Shown here one piece after another: positions 48,205 to 55,402 of a stretch of 55,402 nucleotides of DNA. Source of the DNA: Candidatus Fervidifonticultor quintus (lineage in GTDB: Bacteria; Sysuimicrobiota; Sysuimicrobiia; Sysuimicrobiales; Humicultoraceae); contig JAVKIJ010000009.1 in assembly GCA_031459535.1 (NCBI GenBank), positions 1-55,402 on the forward strand, read 5' to 3'. Numbering within the stretch: the stretch's first letter is position 1; each line of letters starts with the position of its first letter. Below the pieces are notes generated by a model. The model saw nothing but the letters and a program-made list of their open reading frames with translations, was not told the origin of the DNA and ran no database searches. The position numbers were made by a program, and so were the translations under genes.

Positions 48205-48939
48205 GTGGGGGCGGCCAGGCAGCCGATCGAGCGCCGGAGGATCTACGAGCTGATTGCCGAGCGCATCCTGCGGCAGGTCAGCGAGCGCAGGATCAAGCCC
48301 GGCGATCCCCTGCCGACCGAGCGGGAACTCATGCAGGCCTACCGCGTGGGTCGCTCGTCGGTCCGTGAGGCGCTGAGAATTCTCGAGTCACGAGGAGTCA
48401 TCCGGTCGACCGGCAAAGGGCACTTCCAGGTCGCCGACTACGGGAACCCGCTGAGTTCCTCGCTGAACTTTCTGCTACGGGTTGAAGAGGGCGGCCTGCG
48501 GGATCTCTTCGAGGTGCGCAAGACGCTCGAAGTTGAAGCCGCCGGGCTCGCGGCCACCCGGCGATCGGACGAGGATCTGGCGGTGATGGCTGCGGCCATC
48601 GAGGAGATGACGGCCGGGCTGGCGTCGCAGGAGCGCTACATCGAAGCCGACCTGCGGTTCCACCTGGCCGTGGCCACCGCCACGCGCAACCGGATCATCC
48701 TGGTCATGATGCACGCGATCCGAGATCAACTGCAGCGGGCCCTGGCCTCGATCTACTACATTCCCGGCAGCCCGCAGCGTTCCATCGCGCAGCACCGGGA
48801 GATCCTCGAGGCCATCGCCTCGGGATCCGGGGAGGCGGCGCGGGAGCGCATGCGCGAGCACCTGGCGAGGGTAGAAGCTGACATCCGCGACATACTGGAG
48901 GGCGCGCAGCGGCCAGGGCGGGCGGATCGAGCAGACTAA
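48205..48939 (+). CDS. GntR/FadR-family regulator (HTH plus FCD)
   Basis: PGDPLPTERELMQAYRVGRSSVREALRILE, EVRKTLE, DLRFHLAVA..N, HREILEAI..MREHL. GTG 48205 (after GGAG) preferred to 48154. Confidence 0.93.
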   Translation: MGAARQPIERRRIYELIAERILRQVSERRIKPGDPLPTERELMQAYRVGRSSVREALRILESRGVIRSTGKGHFQVADYGNPLSSSLNFLLRVEEGGLRDLFEVRKTLEVEAAGLAATRRSDEDLAVMAAAIEEMTAGLASQERYIEADLRFHLAVATATRNRIILVMMHAIRDQLQRALASIYYIPGSPQRSIAQHREILEAIASGSGEAARERMREHLARVEADIRDILEGAQRPGRADRAD

Positions 48940-48952
48940 CGGGGAGGCGGAC

Positions 48953-49828
48953 GTGGCACACGTGGGGTTTGTCGGATTGGGGGTGATGGGCGGCCGCATG
49001 GCCAAGCGGCTGCTGGATGCGGGCCACCTCGTCACGGGCTACAACCGCACGAAGGCCAAGGCCCAGTGGTTGATCGATCTCGGCATGCGGTGGGCGGAGG
49101 GCCCCCGCGCCGTGGCGGAGGCCACCGAGGTGATTTTCACCATGGTTCGGGACACCTCGGCGCTGCACGAGGTCACCGAAGGACCCGAGGGGATTCTGGC
49201 CGGGCTGGGGCCGGGCAAGATCTACGTGGACATGAGCACGGTCAGCCCTGCCGCGAGTCGGGCGCTGGCCGCCAGGGTGGCCGAGCGCGGCGCGCGCATG
49301 CTGGATGCACCCGTCTCGGGCAGCGTGCACACCCTCGAACAGGGTAGACTCTCGATCATGGTCGGCGGCGACGGGGATGCCTTTGCCCGGATCAGGCCCA
49401 TCCTGCAGGATATTGGGCCGAAGGTCACCCATGTGGGGCCCAACGGGCAGGCGGTCCTGATGAAGATCGCCACCAACCTGTGCCTGGGTGTCCAGATGCT
49501 GGCCTTCAGCGAGGGCATCCTGCTGGCCGAGAAGGGGGGCATTCCCCGCAGCACCGCCGTAGAAGTGATGCTCAACAGCGTCGCGGCCTCGCCCATGCTG
49601 CACTACCGCGGCCCCTTCATCCTCCAGATGCCCGATGAGGCGTGGTTCGACGTGAACATGATGCAGAAGGACTTGCTGCTGGCGCTGGAAGCGGGCCGCA
49701 GCCTCAACGTGCCCCTGCCGACCACCGCGGTCACCAATGAGATGCTGACCGCCGCCAGAGCCATGGGGCTGGCGGACCGCGACTTCGCCATCGTGTTCGA
49801 GGCCCTGGCGAGGCTCGCGGGGAGCTGA
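48953..49828 (+). CDS. Beta-hydroxyacid dehydrogenase (3-hydroxyisobutyrate/tartronate-semialdehyde reductase family)
   Basis: GFVGLGVMG, YNRT, DMSTVSP, LDAPVSGS, MKIATN, MQKDL. Confidence 0.9.
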   Translation: MAHVGFVGLGVMGGRMAKRLLDAGHLVTGYNRTKAKAQWLIDLGMRWAEGPRAVAEATEVIFTMVRDTSALHEVTEGPEGILAGLGPGKIYVDMSTVSPAASRALAARVAERGARMLDAPVSGSVHTLEQGRLSIMVGGDGDAFARIRPILQDIGPKVTHVGPNGQAVLMKIATNLCLGVQMLAFSEGILLAEKGGIPRSTAVEVMLNSVAASPMLHYRGPFILQMPDEAWFDVNMMQKDLLLALEAGRSLNVPLPTTAVTNEMLTAARAMGLADRDFAIVFEALARLAGS

Positions 49829-49862
49829 GCGATCGGCAGCAGCTGGTTGGCCGCAGCAGGGG

Positions 49863-50870
49863 GTGGGAGTGGTGGCGCGATCCCGATCGGCGCGGACAGC
49901 GGATCAGGCGGAGAGCCGCGATCGGTGGCTGCGCATGTACGAGCAGATGCTGAAGATCCGCGTCTTCGAGGAGCAGGTGAACGATCTCTATACCAGCGGC
50001 AAGATGCCCGGCCTGGCCCATCTCTACATCGGGGAGGAGGCCGTGGCCGTCGGTGTGTGCGAGGCCTTGCGCCGGGATGACTATATCACCAGCACCCACC
50101 GTGGGCACGGACACTGCTTGGCCAAGGGAGCCTCTCCCGATCGCATGTTCGCCGAGCTGCTCGGCAAAGAGGCTGGGTACTGCCGCGGCAAGGGCGGCTC
50201 GATGCACATTGCCGATCCCGACACCGGCAATCTGGGCGCCAATGCCATCGTCGCCGGTAGCGTCGGCATCGCCACCGGCGCGGCGCTGTCGGCGAAGATG
50301 CGCGGAACCGATCAGGTTGCCGTCTGCTTCTTCGGGGAGGGGGCCCTGGGTCAGGGCGTGCTGTACGAGGTCATGAACATGGCCTCGCTGTGGAAGTTGC
50401 CGGTCATCTATGTGTGCGAGGACAACCTGTACAACGAGTACACGGCGCGCGCAGAGACCACGGCTGGTGAGATGGCCGCGCGCCCCGAGGCGTTCGGGAT
50501 TCCGGCGACGGAAGTTGACGGGCAGGACGCCGAGGCGGTCTACCAGGCCGCGCTCCAGGCGGTGGAGGGGGCCCGCCGTGGCGAGGGCCCGTCCTTCCTG
50601 ATCTGCCACACCTACCGGTTTCGCGGCCACCACGTGGGCGACATCAACAGGGCCTACTACCGTTCCAGGGACGAAGAACGCCGCTGGGAGACCGAGCGAG
50701 ACCCGATCCGCCTGTGCGCCCGGCGCCTGCGGGAGCACGCCATGGTTGACAATCGGGTGCTGGAGCGGATCGAACAGGAGGTCCGAGCCGAGGTGGCGGC
50801 GGGCCTGGCGTTTGCGCTGGCGGCCCCCTACCCCGATCCGCGCGAGGTGGACCGGCATGTCTATGCCTAG
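49863..50870 (+). CDS. TPP-dependent 2-oxoacid/acetoin dehydrogenase E1 alpha
   Basis: HLYIGEEA, STHRGHGH, GKGGSMH, FFGEGA..EDN, TYRFRGHH. Start may be a few codons later. Confidence 0.92.
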   Translation: MGVVARSRSARTADQAESRDRWLRMYEQMLKIRVFEEQVNDLYTSGKMPGLAHLYIGEEAVAVGVCEALRRDDYITSTHRGHGHCLAKGASPDRMFAELLGKEAGYCRGKGGSMHIADPDTGNLGANAIVAGSVGIATGAALSAKMRGTDQVAVCFFGEGALGQGVLYEVMNMASLWKLPVIYVCEDNLYNEYTARAETTAGEMAARPEAFGIPATEVDGQDAEAVYQAALQAVEGARRGEGPSFLICHTYRFRGHHVGDINRAYYRSRDEERRWETERDPIRLCARRLREHAMVDNRVLERIEQEVRAEVAAGLAFALAAPYPDPREVDRHVYA

Positions 50871-51882
50871 CGCGGCGCCGGGCGTCGCCCTGGGCCCTGC
50901 TACGCGAGAGATCACGTTCGCGCAGGCGGTCCGGGAGGCGCTGGCAGAGGAAATGCGGCGGGACCCCCGCGTCTTCATCATCGGCGAGGACGTGGCCGAG
51001 GCCGGGACGCCGTTCAAGGTGCTCTCCGGTCTCGTCGAGGAGTTCGGGCGCGAGCGGGTCATTGATACGCCCATCTCGGAGGCCGGCTTCACCGGCATCG
51101 CCGTGGGCGCGGCCATGACCGGGATGCGGCCGGTCGTGGACATCATGTTCGGGGACTTCATCACGCTGGCGATGGATCAGATCGCCAACCAGGCCGCCAA
51201 GGTGCACTACATGTCGGGCGGCAAGTTGAGGGTGCCCATGGTGGTGCGGACCACGCTGGGGGCCACCCGCCGGTCGGCGGCACAGCACAGTCAGAGTCTG
51301 CACGCGTGGGTGAGCCACGTGCCGGGGTTGAAGGTCGCCCTGCCGTCTACGCCCTACGACGCCAAGGGCCTGCTCAAGACCGCCATCCGCGACGAGAACC
51401 CGGTGGTCTTCTTCGAGGACAAGATGACCTACCAGCTCAAGGGCCCGGTGCCCGAGGAAGAGTACACGATCCCCTTTGGGGTCGCCGACGTCAAGCGCGC
51501 CGGCGACCACCTCACTATCGTGGCGACCAGCAGCATGGTGCACGTGGCGCTGGCGGCGGCCGAGATCCTCCAGGATGACGGGATTAGCGCCGAGGTGATC
51601 GATCCGCGCACGACCTACCCGCTCGATGCGCGCACGCTGGTCGAGTCCGCCAAGAGGACCGGGCGGGCCCTGGTGGTGGACGAGGGCTACACACGCTACG
51701 GGGTGGCCGGCGAGATCGCCGCGGTCATCGCCGAGGGCGCCTTCTACCACCTGGAGGCGCCGGTCAGGCGCCTGGGCGCCATGGACGTCCCCATCCCGTT
51801 TTCGCCGGTCCTCGAGGACCTGACGGTGCCCACCGCGGCGACGGTGGCCGCTGCGGCCAGGATGCTATGCAAGCAGGGATGA
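50863..51882 (+). CDS. TPP-dependent dehydrogenase E1 beta
   Basis: IGEDVA, DTPISEAGF, DQIANQAAK, AAQHSQS, PSTPYDAKGLL, EVIDPRT. Confidence 0.93.
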   Translation: MPSAAPGVALGPATREITFAQAVREALAEEMRRDPRVFIIGEDVAEAGTPFKVLSGLVEEFGRERVIDTPISEAGFTGIAVGAAMTGMRPVVDIMFGDFITLAMDQIANQAAKVHYMSGGKLRVPMVVRTTLGATRRSAAQHSQSLHAWVSHVPGLKVALPSTPYDAKGLLKTAIRDENPVVFFEDKMTYQLKGPVPEEEYTIPFGVADVKRAGDHLTIVATSSMVHVALAAAEILQDDGISAEVIDPRTTYPLDARTLVESAKRTGRALVVDEGYTRYGVAGEIAAVIAEGAFYHLEAPVRRLGAMDVPIPFSPVLEDLTVPTAATVAAAARMLCKQG

Positions 51883-51897
51883 GGAGGGGAGCGCGAG

Positions 51898-53256
51898 ATG
51901 GCACTGCGCACGTACGGGCTGATGGCGGTCGATTGGGAAGAGCGCATCGACATGGAGCGGCTGCGCACGGAGCGCCTGGCCCGGGTCAAGCAGTTCTTGA
52001 AGCAGTCGGACCTGGGCGCGTTGCTGTGCTTCGACATGAACAACGTCCGCTACATCACCGCGACGCACATCGGCACCTGGGCCATGGACAAGCTGGTGCG
52101 GTTTACGCTGCTCCCGCAGGACGACGAGCCCATCCTCTGGGATTTCGGGTCGGCCGCGCGTCACCACCAGCTCTACTGCCCCTGGTTGGGCCAGCGGTCA
52201 CGCGCCGGCATCTCGACCCTGCGCGGCGCGTATCCCCAACAGGCCGAAGATGTGGCGCGCAAGATCCGCGTCGAGCTCGAGGAGCGGGGCCTGCTGGGGG
52301 AACCGGTTGGCGTCGACGTGGTGGAGCTCCCAGTCCTGTTTGCCCTGCAGCGACAGGGTGTGAAGGTCACAGACGGCCAGCGGCTCATGCAGGAGGTGCG
52401 CAAGATCAAGACCCGGGATGAGATCACCTGCCTGACCACCGCCTGCATGATGGTGGACGCCGCCTACGAGGCGCTCTACGAGGCCATGCGACCTGGGATG
52501 CGCGAGAACGAGGCCGTGGCCCTGGTCAACAAGGTGCTCTACGACCTGGGCTCGGAGCACGTGGAGGGCGTGAATGCCATCTCGGGTGAACGCTGCAGCC
52601 CGCACCCGCACGTCTACACCGACCGCGTCCTGCGGCCAGGGGATCCGGTCTACTACGACATCCTGCACAGCTACATGGGGTACCGCACGTGCTACTATCG
52701 CACCTTCGTGGTGGGCAGCGCCAGTCAGGCCCAGGTGGACGCATACAAGCGTTGCCGTGACTACCTCGACGAGGCCATCAGCCTCATCCGGCCCGGCGTG
52801 ACCACCGCCGATGTGGTGGCAGTCTGGCCCAAGGCCCAGGAGTTCGGCTTCGCCAATGAGGAGGCGGCCTTCGCTCTCCAGTACGGGCACGGTGTCGGCC
52901 TGTCGATCTGGGAGAAGCCCATCTTCAGCCGGCTGCTGTCCTTCGACCATCCCGAGGTCATTGAAGAGGGCATGGTGTTCGCGCTGGAGACCTTCTGGCC
53001 AGCGACGGACGGGTGGTCGGCGGCACGCATCGAAGAACAGCTGGTGGTCACCAAGGACGGCTGCGAGGTGATCACCCGGTTCCCGGCCGAGCAGTTGCTC
53101 GTGGCTGGCCAGCGGTACTTCACGGCCGCAGGGCCCCTGCCCGTGACGCGAGAGACCCAGTCCAATCTGAACCGGTTGCCATCGGCCAGCCCAGTGGCAG
53201 CGGTGGTCGCCAGTGCAGGCGTCGAGGGCCGCGCAGGAAGCGGGACGCTCCCCTGA
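51898..53256 (+). CDS. M24 (Xaa-Pro peptidase/creatinase-fold) hydrolase
   Basis: NNVRYIT, RKIKTRDEI, YYD..GYRTCYYRTF, YGHGVGL, GMVFALET, ARIEEQLVVTKDGCEVIT. Confidence 0.88.
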   Translation: MALRTYGLMAVDWEERIDMERLRTERLARVKQFLKQSDLGALLCFDMNNVRYITATHIGTWAMDKLVRFTLLPQDDEPILWDFGSAARHHQLYCPWLGQRSRAGISTLRGAYPQQAEDVARKIRVELEERGLLGEPVGVDVVELPVLFALQRQGVKVTDGQRLMQEVRKIKTRDEITCLTTACMMVDAAYEALYEAMRPGMRENEAVALVNKVLYDLGSEHVEGVNAISGERCSPHPHVYTDRVLRPGDPVYYDILHSYMGYRTCYYRTFVVGSASQAQVDAYKRCRDYLDEAISLIRPGVTTADVVAVWPKAQEFGFANEEAAFALQYGHGVGLSIWEKPIFSRLLSFDHPEVIEEGMVFALETFWPATDGWSAARIEEQLVVTKDGCEVITRFPAEQLLVAGQRYFTAAGPLPVTRETQSNLNRLPSASPVAAVVASAGVEGRAGSGTLP

Positions 53257-53295
53257 GGCCGCCGCGCAGCGCCCGGATCGTGGAGGCCGCAGGCG

Positions 53296-54264
53296 ATGGG
53301 TGATGAGTACGAACGGCTGCGAGTGGCGGTGGTGCAAGCCGCGCCGGTCTTCCTCGATCGGGAGGCCACGACCGCCAAAGCCTGCCGGCTGATCCGGGAG
53401 GCGGCAGGGACCGGGGCGCGAGTCATCGGTTTCCCCGAAGGGTTCATCCCCGGCCATCCGCTCTGGTACCACTTCCATCCGGCGACGGCGCCCACCAGCG
53501 GCGCCATGGCCGCCCGCCTGTTCGCCAACGCCGTGGAGATTCCCAGCCGCACCACCGAGGCGCTGTGTACGGCGGCGCGCGAGACGGGCACGTGGGTGGT
53601 CATGGGGCTCTGCGAGCGGCGGGCGCACACGTCGGGCACGCTGTTCAATGCCCAGCTCTTCATCGGCCCCGACGGCGAGATCCTGGGCAAGCATCAGAAG
53701 CTCACTCCCACGGTGGGCGAGCGGTTGGTGCACATGGGAGGCGATGCGAGCACGCTGCGGGCGTTCGCGACCGGCTTCGGAAGGATCGCGGGCCTGATCT
53801 GCGGCGAGAGCTTCAATCCCCTGGCGGTCTTCGCGCTGATCGCCGAGTATCCCCAGATCATTGTGGTCAGCTGGCCGAACCGGTTCCCCAGCCGAGGGAT
53901 GTCCTGCCCGGAGCGGTCGCTCCTGGCGGGGCGCGCGTTGGCGCTTGCGGCCAAGGCCTTCGTGCTCAACTGCTGTGGGGCCATGACCGACGAGATGCGG
54001 GAGCTGTTGGTCTACAGGGAGGAGGACAGAGAGACCCTCTGGGACCAACAGGCAAGTGGCGGCTCGAGCATCGCCGGACCGTCCGGGGCGGTCATCGCGG
54101 GTCCCATGGGCGCCGAGGAGGGAGTCCTCTGGGCCGACATCGATCTATCCCAGTGCGTTGCAGAGAAGATCCGCCACGACTATGCCGGCCACTACAACCG
54201 GCCGGACGTCTTCCACCTCACCATCCGGCGTACGGACGCCTCGATGGTGACCCGCGAGAGCTGA
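53296..54264 (+). CDS. Nitrilase (carbon-nitrogen hydrolase)
   Basis: VAVVQAAPVFLD, FPEGFIPG (Glu), HQKLTPT (Lys), LICGES (Cys), DYAGHYNRPDVF. Confidence 0.9.
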   Translation: MGDEYERLRVAVVQAAPVFLDREATTAKACRLIREAAGTGARVIGFPEGFIPGHPLWYHFHPATAPTSGAMAARLFANAVEIPSRTTEALCTAARETGTWVVMGLCERRAHTSGTLFNAQLFIGPDGEILGKHQKLTPTVGERLVHMGGDASTLRAFATGFGRIAGLICGESFNPLAVFALIAEYPQIIVVSWPNRFPSRGMSCPERSLLAGRALALAAKAFVLNCCGAMTDEMRELLVYREEDRETLWDQQASGGSSIAGPSGAVIAGPMGAEEGVLWADIDLSQCVAEKIRHDYAGHYNRPDVFHLTIRRTDASMVTRES

Positions 54265-54297
54265 CGCAACGCGCGACGGGCGCGGGGAGGACTGCCG

Positions 54298-55374
54298 ATG
54301 GCTACCGACGTCATCATGCCTGCGCTGGGCATGGCCCAGGAGACCGGCACGGTGCTACGCTGGTTGAAGCACGAGGGAGAGGCTGTCGTCCGGGGCGAGC
54401 TGCTACTGGAGATCGAGACCGACAAGGCCACGGCCGAGCTGGAGGCGCCGGCCACTGGCGTGCTGACCGCAGTGACGGCCGCAGAAGGCGATATCGTGCC
54501 GGTCGGGACGGTGATCGCGAAGATCCTGGAGCCTGGCGAGCTGCCGCGGCCAGAGCGTGCGGCTCCGCCCCGCGCTGGGGGCCGGGTGCCGGCATCCCCC
54601 AAGGCCAGGAAGCGTGCCGCCGAGCAAGGGATCGACCTGACGACGGTGGGCGGCTCGGGCCCGGGCGGCGCGGTGCTGGCCAGTGATCTTCCAGGTGCCC
54701 AGGCCGGCCTTGCGATGAGCACCGCCTGGCGCCTGATGGCCGAGCGGACCGCTCAGAGCTGGACCACAGCGCCCCATATCTTCCTGATGCGCGACGTGCG
54801 CGCCGACCGGCTCGCCGACTGGCGCGCCGCGTGCCAGAGGCGCTTCGAGGTGGAGATCACCTACACGGACCTGCTGGTCCGGCTCGTCGCGGCCGCCTTG
54901 CGGCGGCATCCGCGTCTGTGTGCCAGGTGGGAGGGGGGACGCCTCCTCCCCGGCGAGGGCGTCCACATCGGCATCGCGGTGGCGATCGACGACGGGCTGG
55001 TGGTCCCTGTCATCCGGGACGCGGACCGCCTGACGCTGGCTGAGATCACGCGACGGCGCAGCGACCTGGTGACGAGGGCCCGGGACCACCGGCTCCGGCC
55101 GGACGATCTCGCCGGCGGCACGTTCACCATCAGCAACCTGGGCATGTACGCCGTGGATGCGTTCTGCGCCATCATCAATCCGCCGCAGGCGGCGATCCTG
55201 GGAGTCGGCCGCATCGCCGAGCGCGTGGTCCCGGTGGGAGGCCGCCCCGAGATCAGGCTGACCATGACCCTGTGCCTGGCGTGCGACCATCGCGTGGTGG
55301 ACGGGGCGCGCGGCGCGCAGTTCCTGGACACCCTTGGCGACCTGATCGAGGAACCGGCAGGCCTGCTCGACTGA
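54298..55374 (+). CDS. Dihydrolipoamide acyltransferase (E2)
   Basis: Lipoyl site IETDKA, E3-binding ASPKARKRA..GSGPGGAV, GGTFTISNLG, DHRVVDG. Confidence 0.93.
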   Translation: MATDVIMPALGMAQETGTVLRWLKHEGEAVVRGELLLEIETDKATAELEAPATGVLTAVTAAEGDIVPVGTVIAKILEPGELPRPERAAPPRAGGRVPASPKARKRAAEQGIDLTTVGGSGPGGAVLASDLPGAQAGLAMSTAWRLMAERTAQSWTTAPHIFLMRDVRADRLADWRAACQRRFEVEITYTDLLVRLVAAALRRHPRLCARWEGGRLLPGEGVHIGIAVAIDDGLVVPVIRDADRLTLAEITRRRSDLVTRARDHRLRPDDLAGGTFTISNLGMYAVDAFCAIINPPQAAILGVGRIAERVVPVGGRPEIRLTMTLCLACDHRVVDGARGAQFLDTLGDLIEEPAGLLD

Positions 55375-55378
55375 GGCG

Positions 55379-55402
55379 ATGACCGTCGACGCCCACGCGC
55401 AC
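55379..55402 (+). CDS. Start of a probable amidohydrolase-family gene (runs off the window)
   Basis: ATG 55379 reads MTVDAHAH, the DxHxH metal motif. Only 8 codons are visible. Confidence 0.5.

Noticed and set aside
1-55402. CRISPR array, cas genes, rRNA, prophage or known defence system
   Set aside because: No repeat-spacer arrays or matching protein motifs were seen. The repeated DNA at 18-24 kb is explained by the M20 paralogues.

Overview
GC-rich bacterial chromosomal window, mostly + strand genes. No CRISPR array, rRNA or intact prophage was seen. (1) 1-3.1 kb: the 3' end of an IS1182-like transposase whose right end sits on a CTAG inside a membrane/zinc-ribbon gene, a broken class III adenylate cyclase, and a C_GCAxxG_C_C redox protein with an extra C-terminal domain. 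(2) tRNA-Gly(CCC), a tyrosine-integrase remnant, then about 20 kb of catabolic genes: PucR-type regulator, LIV-type ABC transporter, class III aminotransferase, (methyl)malonate-semialdehyde dehydrogenase and a ferritin-like protein, followed by Lrp, a peptide ABC binding protein with two permeases, four M20/ArgE-DapE paralogues that all read GDE instead of [D/G]EE, and an M29-like protein. (3) 24.4-33 kb: FxLYD-like protein, a secreted EEP nuclease behind an uncalled 47-aa membrane peptide and an 11-bp-phased repeat array, a ParB-N protein, GGT, and a c-di-GMP-I riboswitch ahead of a REC-HD-GYP gene and two prepilin-like genes. (4) 33-48 kb: ald-like gene, CoA transferase, glpK, yjbQ, zincin, MBL hydrolase, glycerate kinase, glgA, galT, class V aminotransferase, lutABC and an ALDH. 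(5) 48-55.4 kb: a GntR/FadR operon with a palindromic operator, a beta-hydroxyacid dehydrogenase, 2-oxoacid dehydrogenase E1a/E1b/E2 interleaved with an M24 hydrolase and a nitrilase, and the start of an amidohydrolase. All calls come from reading motifs by eye; no searches were run.
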